Positions 26,096 to 40,600 of a DNA stretch of 64,000 bases are shown here, piece by piece (position 1 is the stretch's first letter; the number at the start of each line of letters is the position of its first letter). This DNA is from Octopus sinensis (lineage: Eukaryota). The stretch lies in assembly GCF_006345805.1 (NCBI RefSeq), contig NC_042997.1, forward strand, positions 27,094,001 to 27,158,000, written 5' to 3'. Position numbers and translations under genes: made by a program. Under the pieces are notes generated by a model. That model did no database searches. It was not told the origin of the DNA and worked only from the letters and a program-made list of their open reading frames with translations.

Positions 26096-26720
26096 ATATT
26101 CATATATGTATGTATGAGTGTATGTATATGTGTATATATGTATGTATGTATGTATGTGTGTATGTATGTATATATGTGTGTACGTGTGTGTATGTATAAA
26201 TTGTAATAGGCTATCCGTTATATTACGTTGACAGTTACTTCGTATACTCATCGGAATTTGCTTTATTCAGACTCTTTTAGTACGGCTTGAATTAATGCTT
26301 CACAATGTTTCTACTATAAATAAATAGATGTATAAATATATGCGCGTGTATGTGTGTGCAAATGTATGTGTGTGTGTTTGTTCGTGCACGCGTGTATAAG
26401 TGAATATATGACCGGGTAGACAAGGAATGAGCGATAAATATATTGGGAACTGATCAAAAGAGCAACCATGCAGATAGACAGATCGAAAGATGGATAGGTA
26501 CGCATGCGCGAATATATGCCTTGGCATATCTCTTCGATTCATCGACGTGTCTATCCATCTTCATATATTTATGTTGAATCCGTTTAAACAAACGAGTTAT
26601 ATGGCGAAATGGCCAAAAGAGTAATTAGATAGATAGATGGATACATAGATAGATGGAGAGATAGATAGTTAGATAGATAGATGGATATATAGATAGATAG
26701 ATATATAGATAGATAGATAT

Positions 26721-28633
26721 GTTTCTTTATTAGCCACACAGGGCTGCACACAGATAGAACAAATTACAAGGTAGAGCTTTTCTTTTGAAGGTAAAAAAAA
26801 ATAAAAAATTAAAATTAAAATTTAAAAAAAGGGGGGTCGATCAAAAGGGATCGTAAAAGGAGAGAAAGAGGACAAAAAAGGGGGGGTTAAAAAAAGGGGG
26901 GAGGAAAAAAAATTGATCAATAGGGATCGTTATCACAGAAATGTCAATATGAAGTGTAAAGGGGAGGACAGGTGAGGTTTACCCGTGGAAAGAAAAGCCT
27001 ACGGAAAAGACCACGGTAACCTCGCAAATAAGCAACTCTCTGTATTAATTTTTACGGTTCATAGAATCATAGTCAAGGTGGCTTCGTCATTCATACGTGC
27101 CATCCTTGCTACATTCACCCATCTTTTATTAAAACATTCACTAGACAAAACTTGCCTCTCTACTCTCACTTTTTTCTTCAAGTGATACTTGAAGAAGTTG
27201 ATGAGAGATTGACCAGAGAGGAAAGTGTTTGTCTCTAATCCTTTCAGGCGCGTCCACCAGATACATTCTTTCGCCATAGCCACAAGTATGATAAAAATAG
27301 CCCTTCCTTCCCGTTTGAAGGAAGGAGGCGTGACGATATTAACGATAGACTCGGCTGATAAACCGACACGTCCCACACGTGACAGCAGTCGTTCGACATA
27401 AGTCCACAGGTGGGAAATTGCCGGACACTGCACGAGTGCGTGCAGAACGGTTTCGTCGCTCTGACCGCATCTCGGGCAGGTCGGCCCCGTGTTTCTCGAG
27501 CCGTGTCTGTAGAGCTTATCCCGAACGGGTAGCGCTTCTCTGTAGCACTGCCAGGCCAGGGATCTCTGGAAGTTGTCCATGGGCCCTGGCCCGAAGTCGT
27601 CCCGAACAGGCGGGTCAGATATTCCACGTCGACGTCCAGGTTCGCCTCGAGCTCGTCGTCGTACCTCTCCCCTCCACTAATCCCCTATAGAATGCTTTGG
27701 TTGTGTTGAAGTCACTCAAGGTCGACCCGGGACGGCAGAGTTGCTTGAGAGCAACGCGACACTCGCGGTGCCATTCGCCCTTCCTCGGCCTCTTTTTGAT
27801 CCACGACTGTAGTTCGGTCATGGAGACGAGTTGCGGGAATGCGTGCCTCACAAACGGCAACCACACCTGTTCACCGTCGTCTACATAGAGCCGGAGATGT
27901 CGCAGTCTCAGCGCGTGTCTGCGCATCATCAACCACGGCATGCCCAGCCCTCCTTTTAACGGGTGTTGACAGCAAATGGATCGCCTGACCATCGGGACGC
28001 ATCCTTTCCACAAGAAGCGGAAGAGGATGCGTTCTAGTTTGGTGATGGTAGGGTCGGGACAAGGTACGACGGTCAGGCGGTAGTAGATGATGTACGCGTT
28101 CACCACCTCCGCCCGACCTTTTAGGGACAGTTTCCTCTCGGCACATTGCTGGGCGAGAGTGACCACCCTACTCGTTATCTCGTTCCAGTTCTTCTCCATT
28201 TGGAGGTCCAGACCGAACCAGACCCCGAGCAACTCAAAGGGCCGTCGCCGCGTCCACGACGGGTCCACGACGGAGGTACTGGTGGACGGCATGGGCTTGC
28301 TTCTCCAGGTGCCGAGCCGCAAGCCCACTGATTTTCCCGGTTGATTTTTGCTCCTGTCACCGCTTCGTAGTCTTTCAGTGTCTCGCCGACCCGCTCGATG
28401 TGCTCGTGGCTTGACACTATGATGGTGACGTCGTCCGCGTATGCAGACACGCTCGTCCCGCATCCCAATACTCGCGGGATGCCCTTTAGAGTCGCCAGCT
28501 TCCGCAGTAGTGGATCAAGAGTCAATACGTATAGAAGCGCCAAGAGGGGGCATCCCTGACGGACCGAACGTGCAATGTCGAAAGGTCTCGATAGATGTTC
28601 ATTTACGCAAATTTCCGAACGGATGCCTCTGTA
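26721..28633 (-). mobile_element. 5'-truncated Tx1/L1-clade non-LTR retrotransposon: frameshifted ORF2 (RT C-half to CCHC) plus 3' UTR
   Basis: YRGIRSEICVNEHLSRPFDIARSVRQGCP (28633-~28547), ALLYVLTLDPLLRKL and SVSAYADDVTII (ORF 28175-28543), GRAEVVNAY...HPLKGGLGMP (ORF 27615-28463), CPRCGQSDETVLHALVQCP (ORF 27059-27580). The 3' UTR ends AATAAAGAAAC and runs into (TATC)n. Confidence 0.9.
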
Positions 28634-31600
28634 ATTAGTTGCTGTTCAATTTTTAGTTTATTTGTTCTATTTTTAGTTGCTGTTCTATTTTTAGTTTATT
28701 TGTTCTATTTTTAGTTGCTGTTCTATTTTTAGTTTATTTGTTCTATTTTTAGTTGCTGTTCTATTTTTAGTTTATTTGTCCTATTTTTAGTTGCTGTTCT
28801 ATTTTTAGTTTATTTGTTCTATTTTTAGTTTATTTGTTCTATTTTTAGTTGCTGTTCTATTTTTAGTTTATTTGTTCTATTTTTAGTTGCTGCTCGATTT
28901 TTAGTTGCTGTTCTACTTTTAGTTTATTTGTTCTATTTTTAGTTGTTGTTCTATTTTTAGTTTATTTGTTCTATTTTTAGTTGCTGTTCTATTTTTAGTT
29001 GCTTTTCTATTTTTAGTTGCTGTTCTATTTTTACTTTATTTGTTCAATTTTTAGTTGCTGTTCTATTTTTAGTTTATTTGTTCTATTTTTAGTTTATTTG
29101 TCATATTTTTAGTTGCTGTTCTATTTTTAGTTTATTTGTTCTATTTTTAGTTGCTGCTCTATTTTTAGTTGCTGTTCTACTTTTAGTTTATTTGTTCTAT
29201 TTTTAGTTGCTGTTCTCTTTTTAGTTTATTTGTTCTATTTTTAGTTGCTGTTCTATTTTTAGTTGCTGTTCTATTTTTAGTTGCTGTTCTATTTTTACTT
29301 TATTTGTTCTATTTTTAGTTGCTGTTCTATTTTTAGTTTATTTGTTCTATTTTTAGTTTATTTGTCCTATTTTTAGTTGCTGTTCTATTTTTAGTTTATT
29401 TGTTCTATTTTTAGTTGCTGTTCTATTTTTAGTTATTTTTTTCTATTTTTAGTTGCTGTTCCATTTTTAGTTGCTGTTCTATTTTTAGGTTATTGTTCTA
29501 TTTTTAGTTGCTGTCTCTTTTAAGTTTATTTGTCCTATTTTTAGTTGCTGTTCTATTTTTAGTTTATTTGTTCTATTTTTAGTTGCTGTTCTATTTTTAG
29601 TTTATTTGTTCTATTTTTAGTTGCTGTTCTAATTTTAGTTTATTTGTCCTATTTTTAGTTGCTGTTTTATTTTTAGTTTATTTGTTCTAATGTTAGTTGT
29701 TGTCCTATTTTTAGTTTATTTGTCCTATTTTTACTTGCTGTTCTATTTTTAGTTTATTTGTTCTATTTTTAGTTGCTGTTCTATTTTTAGTTTATTTGTT
29801 CTATTTTTACTTGCTGTTCAATTTTTAGTATATTTGTCCTATTTTTAGTTGCTGTTCTATTTTTAGTTAATTTGTTCTATTTTTAGTTGCTGTTCTATTT
29901 TCAGTTTATTTGTCCTATTTTTGGTTGCTGTTCTATTTTTAGTTGCTGTTCTAATTTAAGTTTATTTGTTCTATTTTTAGTTGCTGTTCTATTTTTAGTT
30001 TATTTGTCCTATTTTTAGTTGCTGTTCTATTTTTAGTTTATTTGTTCTATTTTTAGTTGCTGTTCTATTTTTAGTTGCAGTTCTATTTTTAGTTTCTTTG
30101 ATCTATTTTTAGTTGCTGTTATATTTTTAGTTGCTGTTCTATTTTTAGTTTATTTGTTCTAGTTTTAGTTGTGTCTATTTTTTAGTTTATTTGTTCTATT
30201 TTTAGTTGCTGCTGTTATTTGTAGTTTATTTGTTCTTTTTTAGTTGCTGTTCTATTTTAGTTTATTTGTTGTATTTTTAGTTTCTGTTCTATTTTTAGTT
30301 GCTGTTCTATTTTTAGTTGGCTGTTCTATTTTTAGTTTATTTGTTCTATATTTTAGTTGCTGTTCTATTTTTAGTTGCTGTCTATTTTTAGTCTATTTTC
30401 CTATTTTAGTTGCTGTGTTCTATTTTTAGGTTGCTGTCTATTTTTAGTTGTTGTTCTATTTTAGTTTATTTGTTCTATTTTACCTTGCTGTTCTATTTTT
30501 AGTTGCTGTTCTATTTTTAGTTTATTTGTTCTATTTTTAGTTGCTGTTCTATTTTTAGTTTATTTGTTCTATTTTTAGTTTATTTGTCCTATTTTTAGTT
30601 GCTGTTCTATTTTTAGTTTATTTGTTCTATTTTTAGTTGCTGTTCTATTTTTAGTTATTTTTCTTCTATTTTTAGTTGCTGTTCCATTTTTAGTTGCTGT
30701 TCTATTTTTAGTTTATTTGTTCTATTTTTAGTTGCTGTTCTATTTTAAGTTTATTTGTCCTATTTTTAGTTGCTGTTCTATTTTTAGTTTATTTGTTCTA
30801 TTTTTAGTTGCTGTTCTATTTTTAGTTTATTTGTTCTATTTTTAGTTGCTGTTCTATTTTAGTTTATTGTCCTATTTTTAGTTGCTGTTTTATTTTTAGT
30901 TTATTGTTCTAATTTTAGTTGTTGTTATATTTTAGTTTATTTGTCCTATTTTTACTTGCTGTTCTTTTTTAGTTTATTTGTTCTATTTTTAGTTGCTGTT
31001 CTATTTTTAGTTTATTTGTTCTATTTTTACTTGCTGTTCAATTTTTAGTATATTTGTCCTATTTTTAGTTGTGTTCTATTTTTAGTTAATTTGTTCTATT
31101 TTTAGTTGCTGTTCTATTTTCAGTTTATTTGTCCTATTTTTGGTGTGTTCTATTTTTAGTTGCTGTTCTAATTTAAGTTTATTTGTTCTATTTTTAGTTG
31201 CTGTTCTATTTTAGTTTATTTGTGTCTATTTTTAGTTGCTGTTCTATTTTTAGTTTATGTGTTCTATTTTTAGTTGCTGTTCTATTTTTAGTTGCAGTTC
31301 TATTTTTAGTTTCTTTGATCTATTTTTAGTTGCTGTTATATTTTTAGTTGCTGTTCTATTTTTAGTTTATTTGTTCTATTTTTAGTTGCTGTTCTATTTT
31401 TAGTTTATTTGTTCTATTTTTAGTTGCTGTTCTTTTTGTAGTTATTTGTTCTATTTTTGTTGCTGTTCTATTTTTAGTTTATTTGTTGTATTTTTAGTTT
31501 CTGTTCTATTTTAGTTGCTGTTCTATTTTTAGTTGGTGTTCTATTTTTAGTTTATTTGTTTATTTTAGTTGCTGTTCTATTTTTAGTTGCTGTCCTATTT

Positions 31601-34600
31601 TTAGTCTATTTGTCTATTTTTAGTGATGTTCTATTTTTAGTTGCTGTCCTATTTTTAGTTGTTGTTCTTTTTTAGTTTATTTGTTCTATTTTTACTTGCT
31701 GTTCTATTTTTAGTTGCTGTTCTATTTTAGTTTATTTGTTCTATTTTAGTTGCTGTTCTATTTTTAGTTTATTTGTTCTATTTTTAGTTGCTGTTCTATT
31801 TTTACTTGCTGTTCTATTTTTAGTGCTGTTCTATTTTAGTTGCTGTTCTATTTGTAGTTATTGTTCTATTTTTAGTTACTGTTCTATTTTTAGTTTTATG
31901 TTGTTCTATTTTTAGTTGCTGTTCTATTTTTAGTTATTTCTTCTATTTTTAGTTCGTTCTATTTTAGTTGCTGTCTATTTTTTAGTTTATTTGTTTATTT
32001 TTAGTTGCTGTTCTATTTTTAGTTTATTTGTTCTATTTTTACTTGCTGTTCAATTTTAGTTATTTGTCCTATTTTTAGTTGCTGTCTATTTTTGTAATTT
32101 GTTTTATTTTAGTTGCGTTCTATTTTAGTTTATTTGTCCTATTTTTGGTTGCTGTTCTATTTTTAGTTGCTGTTCTAATTTAAGTTTATTTGTTCTATTT
32201 TTAGTTGCTGTTCTATTTTTAGTTTATTTGTCCTATTTTTAGTTGCTGTTCTATTTTTAGTTTATTTGTTCTATTTTTAGTTGCTGTTCTATTTTTAGTT
32301 GCAGTTCTATTTTTAGTTTCTTTGATCTATTTTTAGTTGCTGTTATATTTTTAGTTGCTGTTCTATTTTTAGTTTATTTGTTCTATTTTTAGTTGCTGTT
32401 CTATTTTTTAGTTTATTTGTTCTATTTTTAGTTGCTGTTCTATTTGTAGTTTATTTGTTCTATTTTTAGTTGCTGTTCTATTTTTAGTTTATTTGTTGTA
32501 TTTTTAGTTTCTGTTCTATTTTTAGTTGCTGTTCTATTTTTAGTTGGTGTTCTATTTTTAGTTTATTTGTTCTATTTTTAGTTGCTGTTCTATTTTTAGT
32601 TGCTGTCCTATTTTTAGTCTATTTGTCCTATTTTTAGTTGCTGTTCTATTTTTAGTTGCTGTCCTATTTTTAGTTGTTGTTCTATTTTTAGTTTATTTGT
32701 TCTATTTTTACTTGCTGTTCTATTTTTAGTTGCTGTTCTATTTTTAGTTTATTTGTTCTATTTTTAGTTGCTGTTCTATTTTTAGTTTATTTGTTCTATT
32801 TTTAGTTGCTGTTCTATTTTTACTTGCTGTTCTATTTTTAGTTGCTGTTCTATTTTAGTTGCTGTTCTATTTGTAGTTTATTTGTTCTATTTTTAGTTAC
32901 TGTTCTATTTTTAGTTTATTTGTTCTATTTTAGTTGCTGTTCTATTTTGTTTATTTTTCTTCTATTTTTAGTTGCTGTTCCATTTTTAGTTGCTGTTTTC
33001 TTTTTTTTAGTTTATTTGTTCTATTTTTTAGTTGCTGTTCTATTTTAAGTTTATTTGTCCTATTTTTAGTTGCTGTTCTATTTTTAGTTTATTTGTTCTA
33101 TTTTTAGTTGCTGTTCTATTTTTAGTTTATTTGTTCTATTTTTAGTTGCTGTTCTATTTTTAGTTTATTTGTCCTATTTTTAGTTGCTGTTTTATTTTTA
33201 GTTTATTTGTTCTAATTTTAGTTGTTGTTCTATTTTTAGTTTATTTGTCCTATTTTTACTTGCTGTTCTATTTTTAGTTTATTTGTTCTATTTTTAGTTG
33301 CTGTTCTATTTTTAGTTTATTTGTTCTATTTTTACTTGCTGTTCAATTTTTAGTATATTTGTCCTATTTTTAGTTGCTGTTCTATTTTTAGTTAATTTGT
33401 TCTATTTTTAGTTGCTGTTCTATTTTCAGTTATTTGTCCTATTTTTGGTTCTGTTCTATTTTAGTTGCTGTTCTAATTTAAGTTTATTTGTTCTATTTTT
33501 AGTTGCTGTCTATTTTTTAGTTTATTTGTCCTATTTTTAGTTGCTGTTCTATTTTTAGTTATTTGTTCTATTTTTAGTTGCTGTTCTATTTTTAGTTGCA
33601 GTTCTCTTTTAGTTTCTTCTGATCTATTTTTAGTTGCTGTTATATTTTTAGTTGCTGTTCTATTTTTAGTTTATTTGTTCTATTTTTAGTTGCTGTTCTA
33701 TTTTTTAGTTTATTTGTTCTATTTTTAGTTGCTGTTCTATTTGTAGTTTATTTGTTCTATTTTTAGTTGCTGTTCTATTTTTAGTTTATTTGTTGTATTT
33801 TTAGTTTCTGTTCTATTTTTTAGTTGCTGTTCTATTTTTAGTTGGTGTTCTATTTTTAGTTTATTTGTTCTATTTTGTTGCTGTTCTATTTTTAGTTGCC
33901 TGTCCTATTTTTAGTCTATTTGTCCTATTTTTAGTTGCTGTTCTATTTTTAGTTGCTGTCCTATTTTTAGTTGTTGTTCTATTTTTAGTTTATTTGTTCT
34001 ATTTTTACTTGCTGTTCTATTTTTAGTTGCTGTTCTATTTTTTAGTTGCTGTTCTATTTTTTGTTGCTGTTCTATTTTTAGTTTATTTGTTCTATTTTTA
34101 GTTGCTGTTCTATTTTTTTACTTGCTGTTCTATTTTTAGTTGCTGTTCTATTTTAGTTGCTGTTCTATTTGTAGTTTATTTGTTCTATTTTTAGTTACTG
34201 TTCTATTTTTAGTTTATTTGTTCTATTTTTAGATGCTGTTCTATATTTCGTTGCTGTTCTATTTTTAGTTTATTTGTTCTATTTTTAGTTGCTGTTCTAT
34301 TTTTAGTTGCTGTCCTATTTTTAGTCTATTTGTCCTATTTTTAGTTGCTGTTCTATTTTTAGTTACTGTCCTATATTTAGTTGTTGTTCTATTTTTAGTT
34401 TATTTGTTCTATTTTTACTTGCTGTTCTATTTTTAGTTGCTGTTCTATTTTTAGTTTATTTGTTCTATTTTTAGTTGCTGTTCTATTTTTAGTTTATTTG
34501 TTCTATTTTTAGTTGCTGTTCTATTTTTACTTGCTGTTCTATTTTTAGTTGCTGTTCTATTTTAGTTGCTGTTCTATTTGTAGTTTATTTGTTCTATTTT

Positions 34601-37600
34601 TAGTTACTGTTCTATTTTTAGTTTATTTGTTCTATTTTTAGTTGCTGTTCTATATTTCGTTGCTGTTCTATTTTTAGTTTATTTGTTCTATTTTTAGTTG
34701 CTGTTCTATTTTTAGTTGCTGTCCTATTTTTAGTCTATTTGTCCTATTTTTAGTTGCTGTTCTATTTTTAGTTACTGTCCTATATTTAGTTGTTGTTCTA
34801 TTTTTAGTTTATTTGTTCTATTTTTACTTGCTGTTCTACTTTTAGTTGCTGTTATATTTTTAGTTTATTTGTTCTATTTTTAGTTGCTGTTCTATTTTTA
34901 CTTGCTGTTCTATTTTTAGTTGCAGTTCTATTTTTAGTTTAATTGTTCTATTTTTAGTTGCTGTTCTATTTTTAGTTTATTTGTTCTATTTTTAGTTGCT
35001 GTTCTATTTTTAGTTTATTTGTTCTATTTTTAGTTTCTGTTCAATTTTTACTTGCTGTTCTATTTTTAGTTTATTTGTTCTATTTTTAATTGCAGTTCTA
35101 TTTTTAGTTGCTGTTCTATTTTTAGATTATTTGTTCTATTTTTAGTTGCTGTTCTATTTTTAGTTGCTGTTCTATAGTTAGTTTATATGTTCTATTATTT
35201 GTTGCTGTTTTATTTTTTAGTTTATTTGTTCTATTTTTAGTTTCTGTTCAATTTTTACTTGCTGTTCTATTTTTAATTGCTGTTCTATTTTTAGTTTATT
35301 TGTTCTATTTTTACTTGCTGTTCTATTTGTAGTTGCTGTTCTATTTTTAGTTTATTTGTTCTATTTTTAGTTGCTGTTCTATTTTTAGTTGCTTTTCTAT
35401 TTTTAGTTTATTTGTTCTATTTTTAGAATCTATAAGTAACTAAATAAATAAATAAATAAATAGAATCTATAAATAGAATCTATTAATAGAATATATAAAT
35501 AGAATCTAGAAATAGAATCTAGAAATAGAATCTAGAAATAGAATCTAGAAATAGAATCTATAAATAAATAAATAAATACATAAATAAATAGTATCTATAA
35601 ATAAATCTATAAATAGAATCTATAAATATAATCTTTAAATAGAATCTATAAATAGTATCTATAAATAGAATCTATAAATAAATAAATAAATAAATAAATA
35701 GAATCTTTAAATAGTATCGATAAATAGAATCTATAAATAGAATCTATAAATAGAATCTATAAATAGAATCTATAAATAGTATCTATAAATAGAATCTATA
35801 AATAAATAAATAAATAAATAGAATCTATAAATAGAATTTATAAATAAATAAATAAAGAGTATCTATAAATAGATTCTATAAATAGAACCCATAAACAGAA
35901 TCTATAAATAGAATCTATAAATAGAATCAATAAATAGAATCTATAAAGAGAATCTATAAGTAGTATCTATAAATAGAATCTATAAATAGAATCTATAAAT
36001 AAATAAATAAATAAATAGAATCTATAAATAGAATCTATAAATAGAATCTATAAATAGAATCTATAAATAGTAGCTATAAATAGAAGCTATAAATAGAAGC
36101 TATAAATAGAAGCTATAAAAATAGAACACCAGCTAAAAATAGGACAAATAACTAAAAAAAGAACAGCAACTAAAATTAGGACAAATAAACTAAATTAGAA
36201 GAAATAAACTAAAAATAGAACAGCAACTAAGAATAGGACAAATAAACTAACAATAGAACAAATAAAGTAAAAATAGGACAAATAAACTTAAAATAGGAGA
36301 AATTAGCTAAAAATTAGGACAAATAAACTAAAAATAGGACAAATAAACTAAAAATAGAACAGCAACTAAAAATAGTACAAATAAACTAAAAATAGAAAAG
36401 CAACTAAAAATAGAACAAATAATCTAAAAATAGAACAGCAACAAAAATAGAACAGCAACTAAGAATAGAACAAATAAACTAAAAATAGAACAGCAACTAA
36501 AAATAGAACAAATAAACTAAAAATAGAACAGCAACAAAAATAGAACAAATAAACTAAAAATAGAACAGCAACTAAAATTAGGACAAATAAACTTAAAATA
36601 GAACAAATAAATTAAAAATAGGACAAATAAACTAAAAATAGGACAAATAACTTAAAAATTGGACAAATAAACTAAAAATAGAGCAGCAACTAAAAATAGA
36701 ACAAATAAACTAAAAATAGAACAGCAACTAAAAATAGAACGAATAAACTAAAAATAGAACAGCAACTAAAAATAGGACAAATAAACTAAAAATAGAACAA
36801 ATAAACTAAAAATAGGGCAAATAAACAAAAATAGAACAAATAAACTAAAAATAGGGCAAATAAACTAAAGATAGAACAAATAAACTAAAAATAGGATAAA
36901 TAAACTAAAAATAGAACAAATAAACTAAAAAAAGGAAACAGCAACTAAAAATAGAACAGCAAGTAAATATAGAACAAATAAACAAATAATAGAACAGCAA
37001 CTAAAACTAGAACAAATAAACTGAAAATAGAACAGCAACTAAAAATAGAACAAATAAACTAAAAATAGAACAGCAACTAAAAATAGAACCAATAGACTAA
37101 AAATAAAACAGCAACTAAAAATAGAACAGCAACTAAAAATAGAACAAATAAACTAAAAATAGAACAAATAAACAAAAAGTAGGACAAAAAACTAAAAATA
37201 GGATAAATAAACTAAAAATAGGACAAATAAACTAAATAATAGTACAAATATTTTTAGTTTATTTGTTCTATTTTTAGTTGCTGTTCTATTTTTAGTTTAC
37301 TCGTCCTATTTTTAGTTGCTGTTCTATTTTTAGTTGCTGTTATATTTTTAGTTTATTTGACCTATTTTTAGTTGCTGTTCTATTTTATTTTATTTGTTCT
37401 ATTTTTAGTTGCTTTTCTATTTTTAGTTGCTGTTCTATTTTTAGTTTAATTGTCCTATTTTTAGTTGCTGTTCTATCTTTAGTTGCTGTTCTATTTTTAG
37501 TTAATTTGTCCTATATTTAGTTGCTTTTGTATTTTTAGTTTATTTGTCCTATTTTTAGTTGCTGTTATATTTTTAGTTTATTTGTCCTATTTTTAGTTGC

Positions 37601-40600
37601 TGTTCTATTAGTTTATTTGTTCTATTTTAGTTTATTTGTCGTATTTTTAGTTGCTGTTCTATTTTTAGTTGCTGTTCTCCTTTTAGTTTATTTGTCCTAT
37701 TTTTAGTTGCTGTTCTATTTCTAGTTGCTGTTCTATTTTTAGTTGCTGTTCTATTTTTAGTTACAGTTCTATTTTTAGTTTATTTGTTCTATTTTTAGTT
37801 GCTGGTCTATTTTTAGTTGCTGTTCTATATTTAGTTTATTTGTTCTATTATTATTTGCTGTTCTATTTTTAGTTGTTGTTCTATTTTTAGTTTATTTGTT
37901 CTATTTTAGTTTCTGTTCAATTTTTACTCACTGTTCTATTTTTAGTTGCTGTTCTATATTTAGTTTATTTCTCCTATTATTAGTTGCTGTTCTATTTTAG
38001 TTTATTTGTTCTATTTTTAGTTTCTGTTCAATTTTTACTTGCTGTTCTATTTTTCGTTGCTGTTCTATTTTTAGTTTATTTGTTCTATTTTTAGTTGCTG
38101 TTCTATTTTTAGTTGCTGTTCTATTTTTAGTTTACTCGTCCTATTTTTAGTTGCTGTTCTATTTTTAGTTGCTGTTATATTTTTAGTTTATTTGACCTAT
38201 TTTTAGTTGCTTTTCTATTTTATTTTATTTGTTCTATTTTTAGTTGCTTTTCTATTTTTAGTTGCTGTTCTATTTTTTAGTTTAATTGTCCTATTTTTAG
38301 TTGCTGTTCTATCTTTAGTTGCTGTTCTATTTTTAGTTAATTTGTCCTATATTTAGTTGCTTTTGTATTTTTAGTTTATTTGTCCTATTTTTAGTTGCTG
38401 TTCAATTTTTAGTTTATTTGTCCTATTTTAGTTGCTGTTCTATTTTTAGTTTATTTGTCGTATTTTTAGTTGCTGTTCTATTTTTAGTTGCTGTTCTCCT
38501 TTTAGTTTATTTGTCCTATTTTTAGTTGCTGTTCTATTTCTAGTTGCTGTTCTATTTTTAGTTGCTGTTCTATTTTTAGTTACAGTTCTATTTTTAGTTT
38601 ATTTGTTCTATTTTTAGTTGCTGGTCTATTTTTAGTTGCTGTTCTATATTTAGTTTATTTGTTCTATTATTATTGCTGTTCTATTTTTAGTTTTGTTGTT
38701 CTATTTTTAGTTTATTTTTTCTATTTTTAGTTTCTGTTCAATTTTTACTCACTGTTCTATTTTTAGTTGCTGTTCTATATTTAGTTTATTTCTCCTATTA
38801 TTAGTTGCTGTTCTATTTTTAGTTTATTTGTTCTATTTTTAGTTTCTGTTCAATTTTTACTTGCTGTTCTATTTTTCGTTGCTGTTCTATTTTTAGTTTA
38901 TTTGTTCTATTTTTAGTTGCTGTTCTATTTTTAGTTGCTGTTCTATTTTTAGTTTACTCGTCCTATTTTTAGTTGCTGTTCTATTTTTAGTTGCTGTTAT
39001 ATTTTTAGTTTATTTGACCTATTTTTAGTTGCTGTTCTATTTTATTTTATTTGTTCTATTTTTAGTTGCTTTTCTATTTTTAGTTGCTGTTCTATTTTTA
39101 GTTTAATTGTCCTATTTTTAGTTGCTGTTCTATCTTTAGTTGCTGTTCTATTTTTAGTTAATTTGTCCTATATTTAGTTGCTTTTGTATTTTTAGTTTAT
39201 TTGTCCTATTTTTAGTTGCTGTTCAATTTTTAGTTTATTTGTCCTATTTTAGTTGCTGTTCTATTTTTAGTTTATTTGTCGTATTTTTAGTTGCTGTTCT
39301 ATTTTTAGTTGCTGTTCTCCTTTTAGTTTATTTGTCCTATTTTTAGTTGCTGTTCTATTTCTAGTTGCTGTTCTATTTTTAGTTGCTGTTCTATTTTTAG
39401 TTACAGTTCTATTTTTAGTTTATTTGTTCTATTTTTAGTTGCTGGTCTATTTTTAGTTGCTGTTCTATATTTAGTTTATTTGTTCTATTATTATTTGCTG
39501 TTCTATTTTTAGTTGTTGTTCTATTTTTAGTTTATTTGTTCTATTTTTAGTTTCTGTTCAATTTTTACTCACTGTTCTATTTTTAGTTGCTGTTCTATAT
39601 TTAGTTTTATTTCTCCTATTATTAGTTGCTGTTCTATTTTTAGTTTATTTGTTCTATTTTAGTTTCTGTTCAATTTTTACTTGCTGTTCTATTTTTCGTT
39701 GCTGTGTCTATTTTTAGTTTATTTGTTCTATTTTTAGTTGCTGTTCTATTTTTAGTTGCTGTTCTATTTTTAGTTTATTTGTTCTATTTTTAGATGCTGT
39801 TCTATTTTTAGTTTATTTGTCCTATTTTTTGTTGCTGTTCTATTTTTACTTGCTGTTCTATTTTTAGTTTATTTGTTCTATTTTTAGTTGCTGTTCTATT
39901 TTTAGTTGCTGTTCTCCTTTTAGTTTATTTGTCCTATTTTTAGTTGCTGTTCTATTTCTAGTTGCTGTTCTATTTTTAGTTGCTGTTCTATTTTTAGTTA
40001 CAGTTCTATTTTTAGTTTATTTGTTCTATTTTTAGTTGCTGGTCTATTTTTAGTTGCTGTTCTATATTTAGTTTATTTGTTCTATTATTATTTGCTGTTC
40101 TATTTTTAGTTGTTGTTCTATTTTTAGTTTATTTGTTCTATTTTTAGTTTCTGTTCAATTTTTACTCACTGTTCTATTTTTAGTTGCTGTTCTATATTTA
40201 GTTTATTTCTCCTATTATTAGTTGCTGTTCTATTTTTAGTTTATTTGTTCTATTTTTAGTTTCTGTTCAATTTTTACTTGCTGTTCTATTTTTCGTTGCT
40301 GTTCTATTTTTAGTTTATTTGTTCTATTTTTAGTTGCTGTTCTATTTTTAGTTGCTGTTCTATTTTTAGTTTATTTGTTCTATTTTTAGATGCTGTTCTA
40401 TTTTTAGTTTATTTGTCCTATTTTTTGTTGCTGTTCTATTTTTACTTGCTGTTCTATTTTTAGTTTATTTGTTCTATTTTTAGTTGCTGTTCTATTTTTA
40501 GGTGCTTTTCTATTTTTAGTTTATTTGTTCTATTTTTAGAATCTATAAGTAAGTAAATAAATAAATAAATAAATAAATAGAATCTATAAATAGAATCTAT

